The translations under genes were made by a program, and so were the position numbers. Shown here piece by piece: positions 20,998 to 33,594 of a DNA stretch of 64,000 nt. Within the stretch, counting starts at the first letter, position 1, and each line of letters starts with the position of its first letter. The notes under the pieces are model-generated. The model saw only the letters and a list, made by a program, of their open reading frames with translations, did not search any database and had not been told where the DNA came from. The stretch is from an uncultured Verrucomicrobiae bacterium (GTDB lineage Bacteria > Verrucomicrobiota > Verrucomicrobiia > Chthoniobacterales > JAFAMB01). The stretch is from positions 1,056,001 to 1,120,000 of the forward strand of contig CAVXLD010000001.1 of the NCBI GenBank assembly GCA_963762565.1, in the 5' to 3' direction.

Positions 20998-21741
20998 TCA
21001 ATCGGCCGTCACCAAAGTACCTACCTTTTCGCCCCGCACCACTCTGTTGATGTTCTCCGGCCTCGCCATATCGAACACGATGATCGGGATGCGGTTGTCC
21101 ATACAGAGGCTGAAAGCCGTCGAATCCATCACCTTCAGTCTTTTCGTAATCGCTTCCGTAAAGCTCACGGTCTCATAACGCTGAGCGTTTGGATTCTGTC
21201 TGGGGTCGCTATCGTAGACCCCGTCCACTTTCGTCGCCTTTAAAATGATTTCGGCCCGGATCTCACTCGCCCGAAGCGCCGCAGTCGTGTCAGTAGAAAA
21301 AAATGGGTTCCCGGTACCTGCCCCGAAAATGACGACACGTCCCAACTCCAAGTGCCGGATAGCCCGGCGAAGTATAAACGGCTCAGCCACATTCGCCATC
21401 TCGATGGCGGTTTGCAGCCGGGTCGGCACCCCCAGTAGCTCCAACGAGCTCTGTAACGCCATCCCGTTGATCATCGTTGCCAACATCCCCATGTAATCTG
21501 CCGTTGTCCGATCCATTCCGCGATGGCTGGCGGTCAATCCTCGCCAAATGTTGCCTCCGCCGATCACCACCGCGACTTCGACACCGAAATCGCGCACTTG
21601 TTGTATCTGTTTAGCGATACCGGTAACGATATCTGGCGAAATAGTTTCAGTGCTACCCGGCTCCCGCAGCGCCTCGCCGCTTAACTTCAGAACAATTCGT
21701 CGATATTTTGGCTGCCCAGAGCCCGTCTGAGAAGTGGACAT
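20998..21741 (-). CDS. pyrH: UMP kinase
   Basis: [36 protein letters not shown]. Confidence 0.98.
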   Translation of the reverse strand: MSTSQTGSGQPKYRRIVLKLSGEALREPGSTETISPDIVTGIAKQIQQVRDFGVEVAVVIGGGNIWRGLTASHRGMDRTTADYMGMLATMINGMALQSSLELLGVPTRLQTAIEMANVAEPFILRRAIRHLELGRVVIFGAGTGNPFFSTDTTAALRASEIRAEIILKATKVDGVYDSDPRQNPNAQRYETVSFTEAITKRLKVMDSTAFSLCMDNRIPIIVFDMARPENINRVVRGEKVGTLVTAD

Positions 21742-21879
21742 TAAAAAGTGTCATAGGCCTTAGAGGAGTCTCCGGAGGAAGTCAAGAAAAGGAGCTAGAA
21801 TCCAGGAGCCAGGAGGCATCTAACGAAACGGCGAAGGGGCGAAGGGGCGAAACGGCGTGTGGGCGAAGCCCAGCGTCCC

Positions 21880-22200
21880 GGAGGGGAGCCGCTTTGTCAT
21901 GTGCCCTATGACTTCACGTCGTCTGTTTCGGCGCTCCATCCGGGCGAAAAATGTCGCAACAGGCGGCTCCCGGGCATGACCCACCAGTTTGCAGCTCTAT
22001 CGGTCAGGCAGAAACGAATCGTAAGGCCTGGGGTGAATGCATCGCGCTGGGTAATTCCCGGGAGCCGCCTGTTTTTCCGCACGTTTCGGTCGGATAGCGG
22101 TTGAGACCAATCCCGCAAGGGTGGCGAGATAGGCGCCAAAGCGGCCCACCCGGTGTAACCTTCCGAGTCTAAACAAAGGGGCGAAGTCTGGCTCCCCTCC
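21880..22200. repeat. REPIN-like element related to 4073-4309, flanked by inverted GGGCGAA/TTCGCCC heptamer runs
   Basis: GGAGGGGAGCC...GGCTCCCCTCC termini; inner IR CAGGCGGCTCCCGGG. Confidence 0.75.
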
Positions 22201-22274
22201 AGACGCTCGGTAATTCGCCGACACGCCCATTCGCCCATTCGCCCACACGCCCTTTCGCCCACACGCCCATTCGC

Positions 22275-24467
<2,193 letters not shown>

Positions 24468-24665
24468 TTAAAACGCCAAGCGAAGTGGCCAATTTTAGCC
24501 ACCCAGACCAAAGTAAACTTTCATGCGGTAAGGCTGCACGCCCAGTACGAGAAATCGGACTGAAGACGCTCCAATCAGTGCTCCACCGCTCCAATACTCC
24601 GCCACTCCGCCACTCCACTAGTCCGCTCGCCACGCCCCCTCGGCAAGACCTACTCCCGCCGACCC

Positions 24666-24681
24666 TGGCACACCCCTTGCT
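24666..24681 (+). promoter_or_regulatory. Sigma-54 (-24/-12) promoter
   Basis: TGGCAC-ACCCC-TTGCT is an exact match to TGGCAC-N5-TTGCW, in an intergenic position. Confidence 0.8.
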
Positions 24682-24691
24682 ATCTAAATTT

Positions 24692-24810
24692 GAAACGAGC
24701 GGTCATAAAAGGGGCGCTGGCTCGGTTGGAAGGGAAAGGTTACCGGGAGTCTGGGGGGGAACGCCGGAAACCTTAGGGAGAGCAAAACCAACCGAGCCGT
24801 TTCCTTTTTC
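24692..24810 (+). ncRNA. Candidate structured small RNA (GGA-rich long stem-loop ending in a U-tract)
   Basis: Perfect 11-bp helix 24719-24729/24788-24798; inner helix 24736-24746/24764-24774; purine-rich internal loops; begins about 12 nt after the sigma-54 motif. Confidence 0.6.
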
Positions 24811-24957
24811 GTCCTCACGGACACTGCTTACTGCTCACCACCCCTCATCAGTAACCACCCCCCTAGTTTCTCTCTGCTGTTGGCACAGCCGCGAACCTGG
24901 TGAAGGTTACGGATCTGTTTCACCCGCGTTCTACCGGCGTCATCCCCTCCCTACGAT

Positions 24958-25446
24958 ATGGATTCCACTGACTTCGAAATCCTTGCGCTAATTCAAAACG
25001 ATGCTCGGGTCGCACACGCCACGGTCGGCGAGCGGCTTGGTCTCACCGCGCCGGCAGTTCACGCGCGGATAAAGCGCCTCGAACGCGAAGGAATCATCAA
25101 GGGTTATCTCACCTCCATCGATCCGATCGCGGTCAACCAAAACCTGCTGGCCTTTGTCCGAGTCACGAACAACGCGAAGGTTGGCGACGAAGAGCGGTTC
25201 GAGAACTTCGTCTGTCAGGAACCGAACATTCTCGAGTGTCACGATATCTCCGGTGAAGATAGCTATCTCTTGAAGATCAGGGTCGAGTCCCCTTCCTCAT
25301 TGCGACACCTTCTCTTGCGAATCCGAGATTTCCCCGGTGTCGAACGAACCGTAACTTCGATCTCCCTATGTACGATAAAAGAGATGGGAGGTCCGCCGCT
25401 GCCGGCACCAGTACCCGAAGCATCCGGGGTGATTGGTGAGAAGTGA
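24958..25446 (+). CDS. Lrp/AsnC family transcriptional regulator
   Basis: N-terminal HTH (DFEILALIQNDAR...RIKRLEREGII); ECHDISGEDSYLLK. Confidence 0.95.
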   Translation: MDSTDFEILALIQNDARVAHATVGERLGLTAPAVHARIKRLEREGIIKGYLTSIDPIAVNQNLLAFVRVTNNAKVGDEERFENFVCQEPNILECHDISGEDSYLLKIRVESPSSLRHLLLRIRDFPGVERTVTSISLCTIKEMGGPPLPAPVPEASGVIGEK

Positions 25447-25863
25447 AAGCTGAAAAGTGAAAAGTGATAGGTGAAAGGCGAGCGGCCAAAGCGATTCAGG
25501 AAAGTTCAGACAGCTCCCAGCCGCGAAGCGGCTTAAGACTATAGCCCGCCCCTCGCTACGCTTTGGCGCGCTTCGCGGCAAGATTAGTCACCGGCCCGCT
25601 CTCGCAGGGCGCAAATCGGGGAGGGCGCGCAGCCTGTCCGACATAGCCTTCAATCGTGGCCCTTTTTCTTCTGACCGCTGGCGACGTCGGATCCCCGCGC
25701 GCCGCGAGGACGTGACATAACCCAAGGGGTATTTCCGTCCACGATCGCAACACGTCCTCGGCTTCGTTGACAACGGATCGCGAGGACGCGATCCGTCCCG
25801 GGCGTTCGCCCGCTAAACCACCTCTCACCAATCACTTCTCACGAATGACGCCGCAGACCGGCG

Positions 25864-26361
25864 TCATTCCAATTGCAGCGCCACCGTCTCGTCCGCCCTG
25901 GGCCCTAACTGGTTCCGCATGATAATCCTGGCGCAGGTGTTCCAATGCAGGATGGCGTCATCGTTTTTCGGTGGACGCAACGCTTCCGCCTTTTCGAACC
26001 ATCCCATCGCTTCACGCAAGAATTCGTAAGCGTCATGCCCCGCGCCGGGATACCCCTGCTGGAGTTGCGCCTTGGCCCGGCGCTCACAGAGAATACCGGC
26101 ATAATACTCTCTAGCGTATTCATCCTTTAACCGGCCAAGGACGTGCTGAGCCTCGGTCACACCCACCGCATACCCTTTTCCGAACCGATCGGTTAAAGCT
26201 AGTAACAACATCACCAGAGCGTCCTGATTCTCCGGCTCGATCTCGAGCACGTCATGACAAATGCTTTCGGCTTCAGCCGGCTGATTGAGCAATCGGTATC
26301 GTAAAGCCTTTTCCAATGCCGCCGAGACAGCCTCTTTGGAAAGTCGTTTTAATTCAAACAT
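25864..26361 (-). CDS. Conserved hypothetical helical (TPR-like) protein downstream of sdhB
   Basis: 165 aa; KALRYRLLNQPAEAESIC...DAILHWNTCAR; co-oriented with the sdh operon. Confidence 0.75.
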   Translation of the reverse strand: MFELKRLSKEAVSAALEKALRYRLLNQPAEAESICHDVLEIEPENQDALVMLLLALTDRFGKGYAVGVTEAQHVLGRLKDEYAREYYAGILCERRAKAQLQQGYPGAGHDAYEFLREAMGWFEKAEALRPPKNDDAILHWNTCARIIMRNQLGPRADETVALQLE

Positions 26362-26525
26362 ACGCTGCGCTGGGTTTTAGGTTTAAGGTTAGAGGTTTTA
26401 AGTTGTAGGTTTTACGTTCTACGCTTCTCGTTGGGTTGCACTTTAGCTTGGTCCTGTGCGCCATCGTTCATTCCAAGGCGGATGTTGAGTCGCAGACTCA
26501 CAACCTAAAACTTACAACCTAGAAC

Positions 26526-27272
26526 CTATAACTTAGAACGTATAACTTTAAGTAGCCGGCCTAATGGATCGTAAAATTCGTCAACGACGCGCTCTTTAAG
26601 CGGAATAATCGCGTTGTCCGTGATCGTGATGTTCTCCGGACAGACCTTGGTGCAACACTTCGTGATATTGCAGTAACCGATTCCGCCCGCTTTCTTCAGT
26701 TCAGGCAGCCGATCTACCGTATCCAGCGGGTGCATCTCCAGGGCAGCGACGAACACTAGAAACCGCGGACCCACAAACGAATCTTGCTTACCATGATCCC
26801 TCAACACGTGGCACACATCCTGGCAAAGAAAGCACTCGATACATTTCCGAAATTCCTGTACCCGATCGATATCTGCTTGCGCCATGCGCCAGGTGCCATC
26901 CGGTGCGTCCGGCGGGCGAGGATTAAATTCCTTAATCGTTTTCTTAACCCGGAAATTCCAGGAAACATCCGTCACTAGATCCCGGATCACCGGAAACGCT
27001 TTCATCGGTTCGATGGTTACCGGTTCATCCAAGGGCAACTCATCTAACCGCGTCATGCACATCAGCTTCGGCCGGCCGTTGATTTCCGACGAACAAGACC
27101 CGCATTTACCAGCTTTACAATTCCAGCGGCAAGCCAAGTCGTTCGCCTGGGACGCTTGAATATTGTGAACCGCGTCCAACACCACCATCCCCTCAGAAAC
27201 TTCCGTCGTATAATCAACGAACTTCCCTCCATTCGCATCCCCACGCCAAATCCTGAAAACCGCCGTCTTCAT
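26526..27272 (-). CDS. sdhB: Succinate dehydrogenase/fumarate reductase Fe-S subunit
   Basis: CKAGKCGSC, CIECFLCQDVC, CNITKCCTKVCP. Confidence 0.95.
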   Translation of the reverse strand: MKTAVFRIWRGDANGGKFVDYTTEVSEGMVVLDAVHNIQASQANDLACRWNCKAGKCGSCSSEINGRPKLMCMTRLDELPLDEPVTIEPMKAFPVIRDLVTDVSWNFRVKKTIKEFNPRPPDAPDGTWRMAQADIDRVQEFRKCIECFLCQDVCHVLRDHGKQDSFVGPRFLVFVAALEMHPLDTVDRLPELKKAGGIGYCNITKCCTKVCPENITITDNAIIPLKERVVDEFYDPLGRLLKVIRSKL

Positions 27273-27442
27273 TTTTGTGCTCCGAAGGTTTATCCCTCTG
27301 TTCCTTTGCGACTTTGCGTCTTTGCGTGAGATTTTGGCTTTCTTTGGTCGCGGCTATTCATTCGCGTCGATTCGTGTCCATTCGCGGTTGTTTTGTTTTC
27401 GGCTTTGGTCGGGTTGCACGTCGCTGCGTCCATTCGCGGTCC

Positions 27443-29269
27443 TCATTTCATCTCCTCGATAACCTGCTTCAATTCCGCCGGCATCTCCGGGATCGGCTCC
27501 CGCCTCACCTCCATCGATCCATCCCCAGCTTTTCTGACCACAATCGTGACCTTACCTTCAGCCGCGTCTTTGGCCGGAAAATCATCCCGAAAATGGCCGC
27601 CCCGGCTTTCTTTACGCTCAATGGCCGCTCGGGTAATCGCTTCGGAAACGGTTAACAGATGTGTCAGGTCCAGCGAAGTATGCCACCCGGGGTTATACTC
27701 CCGATGGCCACGAACAGACACTTTGTCGGCCCGTTCCTTAAGGCTACCCAATCTATCGAGCGCTTGCGTCATTTCAGCCTGGCGCCGGACAATTCCCACC
27801 AACGTCTGCATGGTGTCCTGGAGATCGTGTTGGACTTGATAAGGGCCTTCTCCGTTAGCTCCAGGGTCGATCGCCCGATCAAACGGCGCTAACGCTTGCT
27901 GGGCTGCTTCCTCGATCTGGCTATCATCGATCGCAGCCGGCTTTTGTTGCTGAGCAAACTTCGCCGCGAACTCACCCGCCAGTTTTCCGAACACCAAAAG
28001 ATCAGACAATGAATTGCCACCCAACCGGTTCGCACCATGTAAGCCGGCGGCCACTTCGCCCGCCGCAAATAATCCGGATACATTGGACATCTGCGTCTCG
28101 CCGTCCACCCGCACTCCGCCCATGATGTAATGGGTAGTCGGCCCTACCTCCATCGGTTCCGTGGTTATATCGAGATTAGCCAACTGCATGAACTGATGAT
28201 ACATGCTCGGCAACTTTTTCTTAATATGTTCGGCTGCGTTCGGGAGCTTCTCTTTGATCCAAGCGATATCCAGAAACACGCCGCCATGCGGGCTGCCCCG
28301 ACCATTCTTTACCTCGTCCATGATACAACGCGACACGTGATCCCGGGTTAAGAGTTCAGGAGGCCGCCGCGAATTTTTGTCGCCTTGGGTGTAACGCCAG
28401 CCTTCTTCCGGATTGTCGGCTGTCTGCGCTCGATAAGGTTCTGGAATGCTACCAAACATGAACCTTTTTCCTTGGTTATTGAGCAAAATGCCCCCTTCAC
28501 CGCGGACACCTTCAGTCACCAGAATCCCCATTACGCTGGGCGGCCAGATCATCCCGGTTGGATGAAATTGCACATACTCCATATCGATCAATTCCGCCCC
28601 CGCATGATAAGCCAGGGATTGGCCATCGCCGGTATATTCCCAGGAGTTACTCGTGATTTTGTACGCTCGCCCCACGCCGCCCGTAGCTAGTACTACTGCT
28701 TTTGCCTTGAACAGCTTGAACCGGCCGCGCTCCCGGTCATAGCCAAAGGCGCCCGCGATCTGTTCACCATCCTTCAGCAAGGTGACGATGGTGTGCTCCA
28801 TATAAACTTCGATCCCTTGATGGATGCCGTGATCCTGTAAAGTCCGGATCATTTCTAATCCGGTCCGATCACCGACATGGGCCAAACGCGGATAACGATG
28901 CCCACCAAAATTGCGTTGCAAAATTCTGCCGTCAGCCGTCCGATCGAAAACCGCTCCCCAAGCCTCAAGCTCACGAACCCGAGCGGGCGCTTCTTTAGCG
29001 TGCAACTCCGCCATTCGCCAATTATTGACGTACTGGCCGCCCCGCATGGTGTCCGAGAAATGAACCCGCCAGTTGTCACGATCATCAACATTGGCCAACG
29101 CCGCTGCAATCCCGCCCTCTGCCATCACTGTATGCGCTTTGCCAAGCAACGACTTACAAACCAGCCCCACCTTGACCCCGGCCGCCGAAGCTTCAATAGC
29201 AGCTCGCAGCCCAGCCCCCCCAGCGCCGATCACCAGCACATCGTATTCAAACGTTTCGTAGTTAGTCAC
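27443..29269 (-). CDS. sdhA: Succinate dehydrogenase/fumarate reductase flavoprotein subunit
   Basis: GAGGAG, KAHTVMAEGG, QFHPT, HYIMGG, HGANRLGGNSL, ESRGGH. Confidence 0.96.
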   Translation of the reverse strand: MTNYETFEYDVLVIGAGGAGLRAAIEASAAGVKVGLVCKSLLGKAHTVMAEGGIAAALANVDDRDNWRVHFSDTMRGGQYVNNWRMAELHAKEAPARVRELEAWGAVFDRTADGRILQRNFGGHRYPRLAHVGDRTGLEMIRTLQDHGIHQGIEVYMEHTIVTLLKDGEQIAGAFGYDRERGRFKLFKAKAVVLATGGVGRAYKITSNSWEYTGDGQSLAYHAGAELIDMEYVQFHPTGMIWPPSVMGILVTEGVRGEGGILLNNQGKRFMFGSIPEPYRAQTADNPEEGWRYTQGDKNSRRPPELLTRDHVSRCIMDEVKNGRGSPHGGVFLDIAWIKEKLPNAAEHIKKKLPSMYHQFMQLANLDITTEPMEVGPTTHYIMGGVRVDGETQMSNVSGLFAAGEVAAGLHGANRLGGNSLSDLLVFGKLAGEFAAKFAQQQKPAAIDDSQIEEAAQQALAPFDRAIDPGANGEGPYQVQHDLQDTMQTLVGIVRRQAEMTQALDRLGSLKERADKVSVRGHREYNPGWHTSLDLTHLLTVSEAITRAAIERKESRGGHFRDDFPAKDAAEGKVTIVVRKAGDGSMEVRREPIPEMPAELKQVIEEMK

Positions 29270-29596
29270 AAAAATTTCACCACAGAGACACAGAGGACAC
29301 GGAGATAAAATATCCGCAGATTACGCAGAACCTGTCGCGCCATAGCGTAGCGGAGGCGGATAACGCAGATTACGTTTAAAGGTTAGAGCAACGCCTCCGA
29401 GATAACCACACCGCTCGTCGTGCCTAACGGTGTAGGTCGCCTCTGCGACTATGCGACCTTCAAACGAAATCTGCGTAATCTGCGTAATCTGCGGATATTT
29501 AAACAATCTGTGGAACGTCTCCTCCGGTTCTCTTTGTGTTTGTGTAGTGAGGCCTATTCGCGTCAATTCGTGTCCATTCGCGGTTAAAATCTGTGG

Positions 29597-30409
29597 TTAA
29601 AAGATTCGCCAATCGTGCCAGATGCCCATTGAGCAGAGGCGGATGTATAGGTCGGTGAAGCCGACCCAAAACAAGCTCATCCAGGCCCAGAGCATATGGC
29701 GCTGGTTCAAGCAACTCACACAGGCGTAACATTTCGCGTTTACCGGGTGTTTGGAGATTTGATCTAAAAACCCACCAACCAAATGGCGGAGCGAATGGCA
29801 GCCAAAGGTGTAACCGCCCAGCAACACTACGTTGAGGGTGAGCACTATCGAACCGACCCCAAGACCGAAATGCCGGGCGCCAGATGCGTCAGCGAACCAA
29901 AACCCGCTCCAAGCGTCATGCGCCAGAATCAGAATAAAGATGATCGCGATGTAGAGAAAGTACCGATGGATATTCTGCAGGATCAGCGGAAACGCGGTTT
30001 CCCCTGGGTACCCAAGCCGCGGTTCACCGACCGCACAAGCCGGCGGATCGGCCCAGAACGCTTTGTAATAGGCGCCTCGATAATAATAACAGGTGAGCCG
30101 GAAACCAGCCGGCGCCCAGAGCACTAAGAGAGCCGGTGAAAACAAGAGCCACGAAGGCCACCAACCCGGCTTTGGCCCAAAGATCGCATGTGGTGAATTG
30201 CCAAAAAGTTCGGGTGAATAAAACGGCGACAAATAATTTGCTCCGTTTTGATCCAACCAATAATGGTTCCCCTGAAACGCAGCCCAGGTTGAATAAACCA
30301 GAAAGGCGCCCAACCCGAGAAACACAAATAGCGGCTGGGTCCACCACGCGTCACGCCGCATGGTAGCCCCAAATGCACGTCGCTTAGATGGAACCGTTGC
30401 CGAGGACAT
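29597..30409 (-). CDS. Sdh1-type membrane anchor subunit (Rv0249c-like)
   Basis: YLSPFYSP, FRLTCYYYR, QNIHRYF, GCHSLRH, RHM motifs with several TM helices; first gene of the operon. Confidence 0.85.
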   Translation of the reverse strand: MSSATVPSKRRAFGATMRRDAWWTQPLFVFLGLGAFLVYSTWAAFQGNHYWLDQNGANYLSPFYSPELFGNSPHAIFGPKPGWWPSWLLFSPALLVLWAPAGFRLTCYYYRGAYYKAFWADPPACAVGEPRLGYPGETAFPLILQNIHRYFLYIAIIFILILAHDAWSGFWFADASGARHFGLGVGSIVLTLNVVLLGGYTFGCHSLRHLVGGFLDQISKHPVNAKCYACVSCLNQRHMLWAWMSLFWVGFTDLYIRLCSMGIWHDWRIF

Positions 30410-30689
30410 CAAAGTTTGCCCATGCAGCTCTTGATTAGTTTGTTCGGGTGACTGCTTGTAACTGTACATATCGGCGACCTGCCCCCTTTTCAAGTTCCTT
30501 TACCGTTTACCGTTCGGCGTTTAGCGTTTGGCGTTTTGGCGTTCCAAATCGTACTCGTCCTCGTCGTCGTCCTCGTCCTCGAAAGGGGTGGCCACCGTGG
30601 AGCGCTGCCTCGCTTCCGCCTCCGCAAGGCCTACGGCGCGACAGGTTCGCGAGGCCGTGGTGAACAAGGAGACATCATTGCATAATGCC

Positions 30690-31295
30690 CTTGGCCGGGT
30701 TGCACGACAATCGCTCGGCACTTTCATGCGGGAACGAATCTTCGAGCCGCTCGGAATGAAAGATACCGGCTTTTACGTACCCAAGGAAAAAATCGATCGT
30801 TTACCCGAGTGCTACGGCTTCAATCATCAGACCAATACACTCGGCGTGTATGATGATCCGGCCAACAGCACTTAGGGATCCGAACCGCCTTTTGAATCCG
30901 CCGGCGGCGGCTTGGTATCAACGATGGATGATTACTTTGCCTTTTACCGGATGCTCCTGAACAAAGGCCAGCATGGAGACAAACAAATCCTCTCCAGAAC
31001 CGTGGTAGAACTCATGACTTCCGATCAGATTACCGCCGAACAACGGGTCGGAGCAGAACTGTTCTTTGGCGATTATCGCAGCTGGGGCTTCGTCATGTCT
31101 GTCGATATTTGGCGCGACCACCTATTCCACAACCCAGGCCGATTCGGTTGGGACGGCGGCACCGGTACGACGGCATACGTAGATCCAGCCGAGGACATGA
31201 TCAGCATCCTTTTCACTCAACGCATGATGGAATCACCGGAACCGCCGAAGGTATTCACGGATTTCTGGACCCTCGCCTACGCATCACTCGCATAG
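30690..31295 (+). pseudogene. Serine hydrolase (beta-lactamase family) 3' remnant with in-frame TAG
   Basis: FMRERIFEPLGMKDTGF, GGGLVST, FGWDGGTGT in one frame; TAG at 30873-30875; N-terminal half with SxxK is missing and replaced by repeats. Confidence 0.85.
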
Positions 31296-31517
31296 ACTCC
31301 CACAGCAACCCCAAAGCCCGAGTTTAAGATCCGCAGATTAACGCAGATTACGCAGATTACTCGAAGGGTTTGATATCACCGGGGGCGGATAAACAAAATG
31401 TAAAGGTTTGCGACGGTTTTCGTCGCCGACCGCTTAATCCGACCAAAGAACGAAATCTGCGTAATCTGCGGATCTTTACATCTGTGTTCTCTGTGTCTCT
31501 GTGGTGAAACTCTTCAG

Positions 31518-32165
31518 CTAGTGGGTTAGCACCTTGAACGCATGGGTCCATAGGTTCTGGCGAAACCCAGGTAGACACCAAAGGATACACAAAGGTTCTA
31601 TCGCTCGGGCCGAGATGATCGTACCACAGTCGAACGGTTCCCAGCCAAACTGCCGGATAACGCCAGACACCACTTTCTTGGCTCCTTCATCGTTTCCACA
31701 CAGAAACATGGTCGGGACGCCTTGTTCGTAATGCGGGTTGATCATTTGACCGCTGCCGACGCTGTTAAACGCTTTCACCACGTGTGTGTCTGGGATCAAT
31801 GCCTGTAGCTTTTCCGCAGCTGATTCGTTCGGACCAGTAGTGAATCCCAGGACGCCCTCAACCGGAGGCGCGTCCGTTATTGGATTAGTGGCGTCGATCA
31901 AAGTCTTTCCTTTGAGATTGGCCGGGCCAGCCAATTGGATAACCTGTTCCACGACTTTCCCTAAAACCGCCAACACGATGAGCTCTCCAAAGCCAGCGGC
32001 CTCCGCAAAAGTGCCCGCCGTTGCTCCCGGCGTTTGCGCCACCCAGTTCGCTACTTCCTTCTTTTTGGGGTCCCGTGTCCCCATCATCACTTGATGACCA
32101 TGTTTCAAAAAGCCCGCTCCCAAAGTTTGCCCGACTTCTCCTGAGCCTAATATTGCCACTTTCAT
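31518..32165 (-). CDS. NADPH-dependent F420 reductase-like dinucleotide-binding oxidoreductase
   Basis: ILGSGEVG, IDATNP, VVKAFNS, ARAIEPL. Confidence 0.88.
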   Translation of the reverse strand: MKVAILGSGEVGQTLGAGFLKHGHQVMMGTRDPKKKEVANWVAQTPGATAGTFAEAAGFGELIVLAVLGKVVEQVIQLAGPANLKGKTLIDATNPITDAPPVEGVLGFTTGPNESAAEKLQALIPDTHVVKAFNSVGSGQMINPHYEQGVPTMFLCGNDEGAKKVVSGVIRQFGWEPFDCGTIISARAIEPLCILWCLPGFRQNLWTHAFKVLTH

Positions 32166-32580
32166 ATTTGGTTTCTACAGCAAGGACACCAAGTTCACAA
32201 AGGGGCGTTGCACAACCAAGCGCAGACAAAACAACCGCGAATGGACGCGGATGGATCCGCTTCGGTCGGAACCCGTGGAGCGCTGCCTCGCTTGCGAGGC
32301 CGTGGTGAACAAAGGAACGCGCGATGCATGTCACATTTCGGTCTGCGCTCTGCGTCGCTACCTCTGCCTCTTCACACGCTAGAGCGCAGGCGGCCGATCC
32401 GCGTGTCTCGTCCTTAGACCTGCTTCCCGCCGCCATACCAAGAAAAAGGGCCTCGCGCAGTCGTCGCAGCGGACGCAGAGGTAAAGAAGAGGGAGTCCTG
32501 CAAAAAATCTGAACCTGTTAATAGCAGCTCTCGCCGGCCGACCGCTTAAAGCTAAGAACTAAGTCTACCTCTGCGCGAGG

Positions 32581-33522
32581 TCACTCGTCTGGATATTCTT
32601 CCACCTGAAGCGTTAGCGCCCAGAACTCTTGCAGTCTTTGCGCCGCGAGATTCAAGCCGTTCCATTCCTCGTCGTACAAAACGGTTTCTAAAACTTCCTC
32701 GTTAGCCCGGCTAAACGGGTTTCGCATGACGAGATAGATCGTAGCCGAGCCACCGCCCCGCGCAGGAGACAGCCGGACTAGCTTGATACCGGTGCAACGA
32801 TTGCTTTCCCAAAACACCGCGGAGCCCGGGAGATACCAACCAAGTTTTTGGCGAAAGCCGTCACGCCAGCAGACCAATTGGTTCGTCGATAAGCGTCCTT
32901 TTCGCCAAGCCGGGAAAAGGCCCGATCCGCCGTAGCGAAACGGGTGCGTAGCCAGCGACCGATCCGCCCGGTGCGGCTGCGAAAATTCCAGTCGGTCCGT
33001 TAATGGTAGAGACATTAAGTAGTTGTATTCGTCCGCCATAAGAGGTGTCACCGGATCGATCTGAACTCGGAAAGAGCATTTCTCCCACAGCCCGGGATGC
33101 CTTTGATAGAGTGGATTGTAGCCGCGGGTCTTCTCCCGAATAAACGTTGTCAGTTCCAAGCTTGCGCCGCCGAATACCCAATTGTGTGACCACGTATTCA
33201 CGGCAGCCCCGATCTCCGGAGTTCCGAACAACGCCGAGAACCGTTCCAATGCCAAGTGATGGTTCGCGAGTGCCTTGCCGGTAAAATCGAAATCACAACA
33301 GAACTCAGCCGGCGGCACCAACGTAGTCGGCGTGTGACAACGGACAAAATATCTTTCCCTGTTTTCCGGAAAGAGAGGTGACGGCGGTAAATAGATCGCG
33401 TCGATAAAATCGTACCATCGCCTTACACCATATTGCTGCCCCAGCTGCTCGACCGTTCGGGCACCATCAACCGCGGTCAACCCGCGTTCCCGCAAGAATC
33501 GAAGGAAACACTCTTCTGTCAT
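32581..33522 (-). CDS. Hypothetical protein
   Basis: 313-aa ORF with GGAG RBS; no recognised motif. Confidence 0.65.
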   Translation of the reverse strand: MTEECFLRFLRERGLTAVDGARTVEQLGQQYGVRRWYDFIDAIYLPPSPLFPENRERYFVRCHTPTTLVPPAEFCCDFDFTGKALANHHLALERFSALFGTPEIGAAVNTWSHNWVFGGASLELTTFIREKTRGYNPLYQRHPGLWEKCSFRVQIDPVTPLMADEYNYLMSLPLTDRLEFSQPHRADRSLATHPFRYGGSGLFPAWRKGRLSTNQLVCWRDGFRQKLGWYLPGSAVFWESNRCTGIKLVRLSPARGGGSATIYLVMRNPFSRANEEVLETVLYDEEWNGLNLAAQRLQEFWALTLQVEEYPDE

Positions 33523-33594
33523 TCCGACTCCTTTTTTTGCGCCTTTTCGCGGCTATTCCATCCGCTTTGTGAGATTTTTTGTGCCTCTTTGCGG

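Noticed and set aside
24692..24810. SRP RNA or 6S RNA
   Set aside because: No SRP domain IV motif (CAGG...GNRA...AGCAG), and it is shorter than a typical 6S RNA; kept as an unknown sRNA candidate instead.
30873..30875. Pyrrolysine or stop read-through at the in-frame TAG
   Set aside because: The gene also lacks its catalytic N-terminal half; a TGG-to-TAG nonsense change is simpler, and TAG ends many normal genes here.
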